A DNA stretch of 64,000 nt from positions 55,366,001-55,430,000 of the forward strand of contig OX597831.1 in NCBI GenBank assembly GCA_951406725.2. Direction: 5' to 3'. The notes under the pieces are model-generated. The model saw only the letters and a program-made list of their open reading frames with translations. It had not been told where the DNA came from and did no database searches. This DNA is from Octopus vulgaris. Its lineage: Eukaryota. Numbering within the stretch: the first letter of the stretch is position 1; the number at the start of each line of letters is the position of its first letter. Both the position numbers and the translations under genes were made by a program. Positions 11,957 to 24,218 of the stretch are shown piece by piece.

Positions 11957-12464
11957 GTAATATTTAATATTTTAAATGCATGTTAGATTTGAGCTTTGAA
12001 CTTTCATCATCATCATTTTAACATCCACTTTCCCATGCTAGTATGGGTCAGACAGAATTTGTTAAGGATTTTTTTCCTGTCACCAATACTTACCTGCTTC
12101 CAAGTAGGATAACATGTGCCTATGACCAAAAAGGACTCTACCTGCATGACAGTGACACTTATTTTTAACTATCAAGGAGACAATTGACACATGCACATAT
12201 ATACATACACACATATATCTTGGGCTTCTTTCCGTTTCCATCTACTACATCCACTTAAAAGTCTCTGGTCAGCGTTGGGTTATAGTGGAGGATAACTTGC
12301 CTATGGTACTAATGAAACCATGTTGTTGGGAAGCAAGCATTTTACCACACAGCCACACCTGCACCTATGAATGATTATTGGGGAGGAAAGAACAAAAGGA
12401 CTAACAAAGGCCAACTTTTAATGATGTTGGCCTTTTCAGTCAAGAGAAATGTAAGTGGTTCTTA

Positions 12465-12650
12465 TCATCATCATCGTTTAGCGTCCAATTTCCATGCTAG
12501 CATGGGTTGGACAGTTCAACTGGGGTCTGGGAAGCCAGAAGGCTGCACCAAGCCCAGTCTGATCTGGCAGTGTTTCTATGGCTGGATACCCTTCCTAACG
12601 CCAACCACTCCGTGAATGTAGTAGGTGCTTTTTACGTGCCACCGGCACGG
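12465..12650 (-). mobile_element. RTE LINE 3-prime end with (CAT)n tail
   Basis: Matches the 3-prime end of the RTE at 17511. Confidence 0.85.
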
Positions 12651-12780
12651 CGTAGAATGTTGATTACTGTTCTAGTGCTGGTAAATTTTAAATATATGAA
12701 TAATAAGTTTTTACAAGTAAATTTATTTTATAATTATTAGTATTTATAAACTAGAATATATTTTTAAAATTAAGTTCCTT

Positions 12781-13080
12781 GCTCAGAGATCAGGAAGTCT
12801 CTTCAGGTGGATCTGCTACTTCTCCGCTTTGAGAAGTCACAACTACAGCATGGGAAAAATCAATAGACAGATTCTTCAAGCTGAACCAATAGGTGGAAGA
12901 CCTGGGGTAGACTAAGAAGAAGATTGTTGGGTAATATCCATAATCTCAGTTGGTTCCACTTGGGGGAATCCAGTTGGAAAGTGTAATGACAGTTGCTTCT
13001 GATAGGGACCTATGGAGGAAGTGTCCGAAGGTTGTACCCCAACAATCCTTTCAGGATTAGTGGGCAGAGAAGATGGATGG
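12781..13080 (+). mobile_element. Decayed LINE (RTE-like) 3-prime fragment
   Basis: A related copy lies on the minus strand at ~45283-45600. Confidence 0.5.
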
Positions 13081-14314
13081 CGATTCCTTGCCATTTATTC
13101 TGTTCTTAACTATTTCCAAAGTATTTTATTGTCTTTAGCTAGCTATTACATTCTAACAGTGTACGACATTCTTTCTATCTCTTGTTTTTTCCATCATCTA
13201 TTCAAAGAGGCTTCGATAGCAGAGCCTTGAGAACATTGGATGGTACCATCATGTTTCCAGCAAAGAACTGCATGACATACACACATCATCCCACAGCTTC
13301 CCACCTTCCTTCCTTCTTTCTTTCTTTCTTTTTTTCTTTTCCTCCAACCTCCCTGAAAGCAAGTGTCTTAACCAGTGCTATGATTGGTCAATGAGTAAAA
13401 TGATATTTAGAATAGTTGCATCGACACTGTAATTGTATGTTCTTTCTTAATTAATCTCAAACTTGTGTCAGTTCTAGATTACACTTGATATTTATTATTC
13501 AATATTGTTGTGGATGTTGATGAAAGCAGCTACCACCCATCCTGTGACCCAGCTTTCTTGGCTACTTGTTCTTGCTCATATACTGCACTTGATGAAACCA
13601 ACACAAGCTTGTTTATATACATTTTACCATCTGACAATCCTCCTCCACCATGCCATCATCATCATCATATCTCTCTTTCATGCTGGCATGGATTGGATGG
13701 TTTGACAGGAGCCAGGCAAGCTGGAAAGCTGCACCAGATTCCATTGTCTGCTTTTTGGGGACTTGAGATCATAAGATTGTGGTTTGGTTCCTCAACCAGG
13801 TAACACATGTTTGTGAGCAAAACCCTTCATTTCACATTGCTCCAGTCCACTCAGCTGGCAAAAGTGAGTAATCCTGTGATGGACTGGCATCACATCCAGG
13901 TGGGGAAATTATACACCATGAAACCAGAAAACCACTCCTTATGAGTCAGCATGACTTGAGAAGGTAACTTTATCATTATGTTTTTACCATTGCCTGCTTT
14001 GGCGTGGTTTCTTCAGCTGGATGCTCTTCCTAACACCAACCACTTTACAGAGTGTAATGGGTGCATTTTATGTGGTGCCTGCACCAGAGCTTTTTATGTG
14101 GTACTAATACCTGTCAGTGAGGAACATGCGAAACGTAGTCCTCACAGTCAGGTGAGTTAATGGAACCAAGGGAAGTGGCTGTGTGCCAGCTGAGAGGTTT
14201 GAGTATAATAGAGGGATAGAGATAGGTGTCTTACTGTAGAGGAGATACTTGGCTACTCCAGTAGGAAAAGGAGAGGAAGGCGAGTTAGAGAAAAAGATAG
14301 ACCGAGAGAGAAAA

Positions 14315-14533
14315 ATAACCCTTTTGATACTAACCCACCTGAGACTGTCCCTGATTTTATGATGCAAACTTCCTGTTTTAAAATGAACTAAGTTAAAGCC
14401 TTTCATGCTAATTTATGTTTCAAACACTACCCTGTTAATGACAGAATTATTTTACTTAATTCTGCATTGTTTTCAAAATGAATTGGAATAAAGGCAATGT
14501 AGATCATCAGAAATATAGTAACTAATGGGTTAA
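14315..14533. mobile_element. piggyBac-type MITE
   Basis: ataaccctttt...gggTTAA; family of 44916-45144. Confidence 0.7.
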
Positions 14534-14938
14534 ACTGAAACTAAGTAGAGATGTTAAACCATGCTTTGAAGGTATTCCACCTTTGGTGATTCAATTCAAG
14601 GAAGTTGATGCTTTCTACTTTAAAAGCAACCTAGTTGGGCAGCTTCCTATTTTGTTACAGAGTGTATCTGCTATATTTATATGTGTTTAATCTCAATGAA
14701 ACTTGGCTTGTGTATTGCTACCACTCATAGAAACTTCTTCGTTGTTGCTTGAGTTCTAGCAACCAAATCCCTCAAATTACACTTTACCATCATAAGACCA
14801 CAAAGATACATTAAATATGTGATTTGAAGTGTGTATGTTCGCATTAAATATGGGATGGTCACACCTGGAATGTCCTTTAATCATAGGCCGACTTGATGAT
14901 AGCTTTCCTCATGCTAAAGAACAGCATCACCACCTTGG

Positions 14939-15545
14939 TTAACCCTTTCATTACCATATTTCTGACCAAAATACACCTTATGTGTTTCAATTAATTTCTA
15001 AAATAATCATAAATTTTGACTGGTTTCACTAAACAACTAACTTTTTTATTTATCAACATATTGTTATTTTTGGAAGAAAATTTAACAAAAGGCTCTCAAC
15101 CAATTCTATTTCATAATTTTTCTCTCTAAGTGACTAATTACAGTTAAATACAGACAAATTCAACAAAATATAAAATTATTAAAATTTTGTTCACACATCG
15201 CTATAGAAAATGGGTTATTAGCTAATATTCAATTGGGTATACAACGAAATTTTACTATCAAAGAATTGTGCACATTACTGGATTTATCAGCTGAATTTAA
15301 ACTCACAAAAGACAGGTGTACCATAAAGGTATAAATAGAATGAAATACTGAACTTTGTCTATGAAGAAAACTAGAAAATAAAATACACCATCAACTAGAT
15401 AGAATAAACTCTCCTCCATACATAAATACGCAGAAACATAAAATAATGATTTACAAAAGAAATTAATCAAAGTTTGTCACTCATTTTACAGGCAAATTAA
15501 AATAACAGGTAAATTAAAATGGCTGTTTGGTAAAGAAAGAGTTAA
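14939..15545 (-). mobile_element. Internally deleted piggyBac-derived element
   Basis: TTAAccctttcattac...gtaaagaaagagTTAA; reverse-complement similarity to 34270-34596. Confidence 0.8.
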
Positions 15546-15736
15546 ATGGATCTACTCGTATCTGGGTTAAGCGATCTGAAACAATAAAAGAGGAGGTTTA
15601 TTACTTTCTGGTGTCTTCTACTGCCTTTCTTAATTTCTTTTTTTATTTGTTTGGTAGATTAAGAGAAAGGACTGTTGCAAGATCTTTGCAGGTTTTCCAA
15701 GAGCAGTAAGATTGATGCTGTTAGTTGATGTTCCAG

Positions 15737-15964
15737 TTAACCCCTTAGCATTCAGATTATTCTGTCAAATGCAATGCTTTTGTATTCACATGGTTTTGAA
15801 TTAATCTTGCATTATCTTGTAGCTTTGAGATTTCAATGATGTAATTGTTTATTTTTAGAATGACATAGTAGGGTTGGTGTGAGAGGCTGCATCTGGCTGC
15901 TTTGAACATAAAACAGGTAGAATATTTTGGCCTGATATGATTGGTTTAAATACTAAAGAGTTAA
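15737..15964. mobile_element. Full-length piggyBac-type MITE
   Basis: TTAAccccttagca...tactaaagagTTAA. Confidence 0.82.
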
Positions 15965-16142
15965 ATCAGTACATGCAGGAATGAGATTCCAGAGGATCGA
16001 TGTTTTTTGGGGAAAAAGACTGTGTGTATGAGCCCTGAGTAAAGTAGGTTGGACACGATACGAGTGAAGGTTAGAGGGATAAGTGAAATTAGAATATCTG
16101 GAGGAGGCACAAGACCAACCAATTCCAAGGAATATAGTTCAT

Positions 16143-16545
16143 TATAATAATAATAATAATAATTGTGTACAGTGCTCAGGTGCACTACAACTCATCTAAA
16201 GTGTATATATAATCAGATGTAGTTTCGGCGGATTTCGGAAAGCATGAGGGCCTTAAAGGATGCAGTGTCATGGCAGTCAACAACTGATGCTGGCAGTTTA
16301 TTCCATGCTTCAGCTACTCTGAGCGTGAAAAAATGTTTCCGAAAGTCATGGGAGCTGTGTTGTTTTCTGACTTTGTAGGCATGTCCACGTGTGTTAGACA
16401 CATGGAGATCAAAAAGGTGTTCAGTGTTGTTGTTGGTGAGGTGGTTGATAACTTTGTGGGTGTTTACCAAGTCTGTCGCCAGATGCCGGAGCTTCAGTGT
16501 TGCAAAGGTTGTTGAATGATTGATGACTGCACACCACCACATTTC
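16143..16545 (-). mobile_element. CR1-type LINE 3-prime end
   Basis: ORF2 C-terminus TRGHAYKVRKQHSSHDFRKHFFTLRVAEAWNKLP; (ATT)n tail. Confidence 0.85.
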
Positions 16546-17099
16546 TAACTTGGTCTAAATTACTTTGTTTGTTCTCTTATATACGTATGTGCGTCTGGCT
16601 ATTGAAAAAATTTCTTGCTTGGAAATAGGTGAGTGTTGGTGATAGGAAAGGCATCCAGCCATAGGAAATCCACTTCACCAAATTTCATCTGATCTGTGTG
16701 AGTTGGGAAACATCGATGTTATGATGGTGATGTGTGAATGATAAAAACACACACAGAAGTCAAGATAAAAGTTATCATTATTAATGTTAATGCCCTGGGA
16801 ATTAGAAATATCTTTAACATATGTAAATCCATCAGAAAGAAAGAAAGAACAAAACAAAGGAGTAAAAAAGAAGAGAAAGAAAAACTAGAAAAAGGGTGTA
16901 GGAACATTCTGAATAATTTCAGTGACATTTTGAAATCATCTAGATGTGAAATTGAAGAAAGAAAGTAATTTCATGCATAGAAGAATGGGAGTGGAGATAG
17001 AATGTGACCATAAATTTAGTGCATATGTGTATATTATGCGTCAGCATACAAAAGGTGTTCAAGTGTGTGTGTGTGTATATATAGATATAGATATAGACA

Positions 17100-20000
17100 A
17101 ATTGTTCCAGAAAATACTCTTTATAATATAAATAAGGCCTCTAAATTAATCATGATGAAATATAAGTTAGATAATAAAACTGATATTATGCATAAAGTAG
17201 GAATGACTTATGATGAAGCTAATGTAGTTAAAATGGCTAGGAAATCGTTGATTAGATATAATAATAAATTGTGGGCTAGGGAAGGATACTAGAGACTATT
17301 TTGATATACCTATGGGGCACCTGATTCTGCACAGGCAACTGATTTAGTAGGTATTTATTATCAGAACTTCAATTAGAAAAAGTAAAGTTAGAAGGTTGTT
17401 TATATAGGGATGACCTTTTATTAATAACTAAGAATTGCACCAATAGAACACTAGAATTATATAAGAAGAAACTATACAGATTTTTTAAAAGATATGGATT
17501 AAGTATTACTATCATCATCATCATCATCGTTTAGCGTCCGTTTTCCATGCTAGCATGGGTTGGACGGTTCTACTGGGGTCTGTGAAGCCAGAAGGCTTCA
17601 TCAGGCCCAGTCAAATCTGGCAGTGTTTCTACGGCTGGATGCCCTTCCTAACGCCAACCACTCCGTGAGTGTAGTGGGTGCTTTTTACGTGCCACCCGCA
17701 CTGGTGCCAGACAGAGCTGGCAAACGGCCACGAACGGATGGTGCTTTTTATGTGCCACCGGCACGAGGGCCAGGCGAGGCTGGCAAACGGCCACGAACGG
17801 ATGGTGCTTTTTATGTGCCACCGGCACGAGGGCCAGGCGAGGCTGGCAACGGACACGAAACGGGGCGGTGCTGGCAACGGTCGCGAAACGGAAAGTTCTC
17901 TTACATGCCACCGGCACTGGTAACACATCTGCAATTTCCATTGATCGATTTTGATTCTGACCCTCACTTGCCTCAACGGGTCTTCACAAGTAGAGTTTCG
18001 ACATGCCACCGGCACTGGTAACACATCCGCAATTTCCATTGATCGATTTCAATTCTGATCCTCACTTGCCTCAACACGTCTTCACAAGTAGAGTTTTGTG
18101 TCCCAAGAAGGGAAGGTATGCATACGTAGGCTGGCTCCATCCCATGTAGAAGGCCACGGGTTATGGACTCACTTGTCCTGCCGGGTCTTCTCGCGCACAG
18201 CACACTTCCAGAGGTCTCGGTCTCTAGTCATTTCCTCAGTGAGACCTAAAGTTCGAAGGTCGTGCTTCACCACCTCGTCCCAGGTTTTCCTGGGTCTGCC
18301 TCTTCCACAGGTTCCCTCAACCGCTAGGGTGTGGCACTTTTTCACACAACTATCTTCATCCATTCTCGCCACATGACCATACCAGTGCAAACGTCTCTCT
18401 TGCACACCACAACTGATGCTTCTTAGGTCCAGCTTTTCTCTCAAGGTACTTACACTCTGCCGAGTGTGAGTACCGGCATTACACATCCATCGGAGCATAC
18501 TGGCTTCATTTCTAGCAAGCTTACGCATATCCTCAGCAGTCACGGCCCATGTTTCACTGCCATGTAGCATGGCTGTTCGTACAAACGCATCATACAGTCT
18601 GCCTTTCACTCTGTGCGAGAGGCCTTTTGTCACCAGCAGAGGTAAGAGCTCTCTGAACTTTGCCCAAGCTATTCTTACTCTACCAGTTACACTTTCAGCA
18701 CACCTGCCCCCGCTGCTGACTTGGTCACCTAGGTAACGGAAACTATCAACTATTTCTAGTTTTTCTCCCTGGAAAGTGACGGAAGTTGGTCTCAGAGCAT
18801 TTTCAGTGTTTATTGTTCCTGAGCATCTGCCACATACAAAAACCATCTTCCTAGTTAGCCTTCCTTTGACATTGCTGCATCTCTTATGTGTCCATAGCTT
18901 ACACTTGGTGCATCTTATAGAGTTTCTACCTACACCTTTTCTACAGATCGAGCAGGACCATCTACCTGCAGGTGTTTGTGATTTGTCTACCTTCCTACTG
19001 ATTACGACTTTGGTTTTAGCTAGCTTGACTCTGAGGCCCTTCGATTCTAAATGAAAACTATAATGTTAATTATTTAGATGCTAATTTTAATTTAATAACA
19101 GGTAAAACCCAACCATTCCATAAGTAATGCTAATAGTAATCATCCACCCTCAATTAAGAAATCGTTGACAGATTATATAGGTAAAAGAATATTGTTGCTT
19201 TCTTCTAATTTTTAGATTTTCCAAAATCACGGACCTTATTATAATGAAACCCTGCGGGAGGCAGGATGTGGTAATAATATTAAATTCTTTAATAATTCCA
19301 AATATAATTATAATATAAATTATTCCTATATTTTTTATAATAATAATAATAATAAACCTGACATTAAGAATTATAAGTTTTATTTAGGTAATTATGGTAT
19401 TAATAATAGGTATTTTGATAATACAAAACATAAATATAATAGACTAAAAAATAAGATTAAATTTAATTCATTTAACGATAATAATAAATTTAATAATATA
19501 AAAAATAAATATAATAATATAAATAATAAGAACGAAATTTGGTTAATTTGGAGTTGGTTATTCTACTACTAATAATGTTGATAACATTATTTCTTCTTTT
19601 AATAAATTTAAGCTGAATAAGTTTTACAAAAACAAATCAAATAATTATATCCAATAATAATAATAAAGACCAGAATATGATTAAGTGTACATATAGAGAT
19701 AAGACTATATGTAAATTTAATAATAAATATAATTTGGATGATGTAGTATATGTGTAGTGGCTTTGATTGATGATAATAATAATAGGAATGGTTGTAATTT
19801 AAATGTGATTTACATAGGGTCGAATTCTAATAAAATTAAATTATGGGTGGCTCAACACATGAATTCTTTTAAGAATAGAAATTTAATTAATTCTACTGGG
19901 CTTAGTAAATATATATATGGGAACTAAAATCTAAAAGTATTAAGTACAATTTAAATTGGGAGATAATTTGTAAGGCAAAATCTTATCGAATAGGTAGTAA

Positions 20001-20133
20001 TTTTTGTTTATTATGTACTAATGAATTTAAGGAGATATTATTAACTAATAATAAGAAATTGATTAATACCCTAGATGAATGAAAAATTAAATGTAGACAT
20101 AAGTTAAATTACTTATATAATAAGTTTAGCTAA
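17100..20133 (+). mobile_element. Decayed Penelope-like element (RT plus GIY-YIG endonuclease), split by an RTE insertion
   Basis: FDIPMG/APDSAQATDLVGIY and LYRDD near 17400; after the insert VNYLDANFNL, SNHPPSI, YIGS at 19811, STGLSKYI, CLLC, KCRHK; stop at 20131-20133. Confidence 0.85.
17511..19049 (-). mobile_element. 5-prime-truncated RTE-clade LINE
   Basis: ORF 18169-18846: VDSFRYLG, MLHGSETW, RRLHWYGHVARM, GRGRPRKTW; (CAT)n tail. Confidence 0.93.
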
Positions 20134-20869
20134 TTTGTGTGTATATATATATGATGATGATGAAACTCTATTTTAAGTTACTAATTGTTGTAGTTATAAT
20201 TTGAAGTAGTAAAATGTGTATAAATTAGCACGAGATTATATAGTGTATATTACATAATTAGAATAAGATTAAACTAAAATGTTTATAAAATAAATAGATT
20301 ATAGAAATTTAGCTTAATTTATGTATATTATGTATTTTACCTATTTTGGTTTTAAATTATTTAGCCTTTAAAATTTTCCAGTAAATGGTATATTACAGTT
20401 AATTTTTTCTTATACTCACAGCTAAAATACATTTTGTCATTTTAACAGATTAAATACATATTTCTATCTATTTGTTCTATAATTTTTATTTACGCCATAT
20501 TTTCACGCGATATATTTCTTATAAACACTAAGTTCTATGTATTACGTTTAAAATTTTTAATTAACAGAAATTCTTCGTTAAGATAAGTTATGGTTTTATT
20601 TTAAGTAATATTGTTAAATGTTTTTCGTTTATTTATTGTTATGTTTATGTACTTTATTGATTTTTAGAATAAGGTTTTTATAATATATTTATTTTTTTCT
20701 ATATGGTGTGAATAGCGTCTTTCACTATTGAATTGCTTAATAGAGGTTTTCCTCTCAATTATATACATATATTATATATTGTGAAATTTGATTTAGAATT
20801 GCTAAATTGAATTTTTCCCTGTAAGTTTGGAATTATATTCCCTACTATTATTATAGTTGAGTCCATAAA

Positions 20870-21014
20870 ATTAGATTTGACTACACCTCCATTTAGAGCA
20901 CAGTTTAAGCTATCTTTTCGTGGAAGAAGGTTTATGTTCCTATAACCTGTGTTAATTCTGTAACCCTTTAAAATGGAAGATAAGAAAGTTCATTTTCGGC
21001 ACTTGATGCTTTTC
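20870..21014 (+). mobile_element. Mariner 5-prime remnant
   Basis: ATG at 20973 reads MEDKKVHFRHLMLF, like a mariner transposase N-terminus, then runs into (TA)n. Confidence 0.5.
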
Positions 21015-21076
21015 TTTATGTATATATATATATATGTATTTCTATGTATATATATGTGTGTATTTCTATGTATGTG

Positions 21077-21123
<47 letters not shown>

Positions 21124-21156
21124 ATATATGTATACATAAAAACCTTCTATAATAGT

Positions 21157-21679
21157 ACAAACATCAAATTTGGGCCAATGACTTTATATAATCCCACGCT
21201 TCTATATATTTCATCATATACATGGCTTTCAACATATAAAAGAAATACATAAAATATGCACATAAAAATATATATAGAAGGATCTGTCCAGAAAAATGTA
21301 TATAAAAATCGACTAAAGTAGTTGATTAGAATGAATTATTAAAAGATATCAATTGAGTAAAAAGATTTTTCACCCATTGATTAAAAATGAAGCAATCCAT
21401 GGTAGGTCTGGCATCAAAGGAACATAAGAGCATAAAAGTCTTTAAGTCGATTGATGTTTTAGTAATTCTTTTTAATCACCTGCTTTAGTTGATTTTTATC
21501 TACATTTTTCAATACAGGTCCTTCTATACATTTTTTTATATGTGCATATATATATTTCTAACCTTCGGTGTTTGTATATGTATTTCTTATGTGTTGAAGG
21601 CCATGGTATTATTTGTATATGATGAAATGTATAGAAGCGTGGGATTATATAAAGTCATTGGTCCAAATTTGATGTTTGT
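21157..21679. mobile_element. Imperfect foldback / MITE-like inverted repeat
   Basis: acaaacatcaaatttgg..aatgactttatataatcccacgcttctata mirrored by tatagaagcgtgggattatataaagtcattgg..ccaaatttgatgtttgt; arms ~210 bp. Confidence 0.8.
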
Positions 21680-21800
21680 TCTCTAATCAATGATTTTTGT
21701 CTCAATCTCACTTAAGCACTTTTTTTTTTGCAGTCCTTTGTATCTTTTTTGTTTCCATAAAAAGAAATGAAAACTATTTCTTATCATACACACACACAAA

Positions 21801-21963
21801 CATCATCATCATCATCGTTTAGCGTCCGTTTTCCGCACTAGCACGGGTTGGACGGTTCGACCGGAGTCTGGGAAGCCAGGGGCTGCACCAGGCTCCAGTC
21901 TGATCTGGCAGTGTTTCTACAGCTGGATGCCCTTCCTAACGCCAACCACTCCGTGAGTGTAGT
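21801..21963 (-). mobile_element. RTE 3-prime end
   Basis: (CAT)n cgtttagcgtccg... family sequence. Confidence 0.85.
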
Positions 21964-22188
21964 TATGAACCATAATTAATTAAGGAGTATGACAGTTGAA
22001 TATATTTATCCACTTGTCATCCTTAGGGTTACAGCTGTTTCACAGCTGCCTTTATGTAATAATAATTTCAGTGTATAATAAATTATGTTTATATATTTAC
22101 ACTAATATGCATTATACAATACAATTGTAAATTCACAAATCAATGCAGATGTATTTTTATATATAGCCTTTTTGTACTTTATTTACAG

Positions 22189-22322
22189 TTAGATATATCT
22201 ATTGATGGAGCTGATGAAGTTGACAACCAACTGAATTGCATCAAAGGTGGTGGTGCATGTCAGTTCCAAGAAAAGATTGTTGCCTCATGTGCGAAAGACT
22301 TTATAATTATTGCTGATTACAG
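22189..22322 (+). CDS. RPIA: RPIA exon (134 nt), catalytic motifs
   Basis: atttacag|...|gtaaaa; [44 protein letters not shown](R) contains the DGADE, KGGG and EKIV signatures of RpiA. Confidence 0.98.
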
Positions 22323-23039
22323 GTAAAACCCTTGTTCTGTTCATCATGTATTTTGTTTGTTTTTTTTATATTTCAAATCCGTCATCTCTACTATCATGGG
22401 AGTCTCACTCTGAGAAATTGCAACCAAATCCCCCTTAGTTACTAAGGACATAAGAGAGTGAAAGAGACGGTGAGTGGTGACGGTGTTCATTTTGTGTTTT
22501 TAAATGTTTATCACATCGCAAAGAAAGTAGATACATAGATATACACACATGTTGTTAAATCAAGAGCGTGAGAGAAGAGTGACACAAAGGAAGTGAAGGA
22601 GAAAGTGAGAGAGACAGTAGATACAGAAATCCGAAGAAAAGTTCATACATAGATACATGCACACAGCAAATATTGGCTGTCAATTTCACTTTTAATTACC
22701 ACACGATGATAAAATTAACTCACAAATGACTGAGTACTCCACAGACATGCATAACATTAACGTAGTTCTTAGGGAGATTTAGCCTCACACAGAATATGAC
22801 AAGGCTGGCCCCTTTGAATTACAGCTACAACTTGAGACATATATATATATATACATATATGAATGTATTTGTGTGCGTAAATAGTATAGGTTTGTTAAAA
22901 CATGTTTGCAATAATAAGTGTCATGTGGTGGAAATAAACACAATTACCAAACTTTTATTCATAAATCCATTTATTATTTCGTTCTTTTGCATTTCAATTT
23001 GTACCCAGGAATTTTCAACAACTGCATGCCAGAAGAAAT

Positions 23040-23767
23040 GGTAAAATGAGTAGTTTTTATCTCCTAAAAATTCTGACTACCTTGCAATAAATGAAAAAGT
23101 TCTTAATATTATACTAGAGGCACTTAAAACATACTTAAGCACAGATTCAGTGTTCTGCAATAATGAAGAGGGGGTTCAGAACTATCCATTTGAATTCATA
23201 AACTCACTCCATACAGTATGTCTCCTCATCGCCTCAACTTAAAAGTAGGGGCTATTGTAATGCTGGTAATGGAACTCGCATGAAAGTGCAAGGCTTCATG
23301 AACATTATTTAGAGGCATCACTGGTAACAGACTCCAACAAAGGTCGTACAGTTCTGATTCCCAGATTTAAACTTAGCCAAAGTGATGCAAAAATTCCATT
23401 CACACTAAACAGACTTCAGTTTCCACTTTGCCTTGGATATTCAATGACAATTAATAAGGCTCAAGGGCAAACATTTGAAAAAAGTTGGAATACATTTGTC
23501 TCAACCGGTATTTTCTCATGGCCAAATATAAGTCACATTTTCAGGAGCATGAGCTATGAACAATATCAAAGTAAGAGTTATGACACTCAATTAAGATAAC
23601 AGACAAGGCCAAAAACGTGGTGTGACATACACACAAAATATTGTCTACCATGAAGTACTATGAGGAAGACCACTGCACCAGCTAGCATCACCACCACACC
23701 AGTCACTCCATCAGTACACATCCACATTACACCTTTAAGATTGGGGAACCAGTTAGGGGCTCGCTAG
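23040..23767 (+). mobile_element. Helitron PIF1-like helicase C-terminal fragment
   Basis: VLIPRFKL..IPFTLNRLQFPLCLGYSMTINKAQGQTF..VGIHLSQPVFSHGQI..NIVYHEVL*; frameshifts; possible 3-prime CTAG at 23764. Confidence 0.88.
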
Positions 23768-24218
23768 ATCTCTCTCAGTATACCAGCAAACCACAAAATT
23801 ACACAAGCCAGCATCACCACTTTCTCCAAGCCCATCATATATGTATGTGTGTGTGTGTGTTTGTGTCTGTGTTTGTCCCACCACCACCATTGCTTGACAA
23901 CCAATGTTGGTGTGTTTGCGTCCCTGTAATTTAGTCGTTCTGCAGAAGAGACTGATAGAATAAGCACCAGGCTTACAAGCAATAAGTCCATGGTCAGTGT
24001 CTTCAACTAAAGGGTGGTGCTCCATCATGGCCACCATCAAATAACTGAAACAAGAATAAAAGAATATCAGAAAAACTTTTTGTACAACTAAGAAAATGTA
24101 TTTTAAGGTTAAATAGTAATTCTACATTTGTGTAACTGAGATATTTTGGTTGGAGTATATAGTCATTAGTGTTACATTACTTTCTATATTCTGTAACTGT
24201 CACAATATACTTTATTAG

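Larger units (their letters stand above)
10669..12136 (+). repeat. Direct duplication (10669-11101 and 11703-12136) containing an RPIA exon
   Basis: ~433-bp copies differ at only a few positions, all upstream of the exon. Confidence 0.95.

Noticed and set aside
20079-20085. In-frame TGA before KIKCRHK as a selenocysteine codon
   Set aside because: It is not at an obvious conserved Cys position, the element has other stops and frameshifts, and no SECIS was recognised.
19280-20760. Mitochondrial insertion or AT-rich contaminant
   Set aside because: The extreme AT content is continuous with the Penelope-like ORF linker, nuclease and tail; no mitochondrial gene motifs were seen.
22025-22045. 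Hammerhead on the minus strand (GAAACAGCTGTA^ACCC)
   Set aside because: Only the 3-prime half is present; no matching CUGANGA strand was found nearby.
23040-23663. Host PIF1 helicase gene nested in the intron
   Set aside because: It is frameshifted, has stops, is intronless, and ends in the NIVY.EVL terminus typical of Helitrons.
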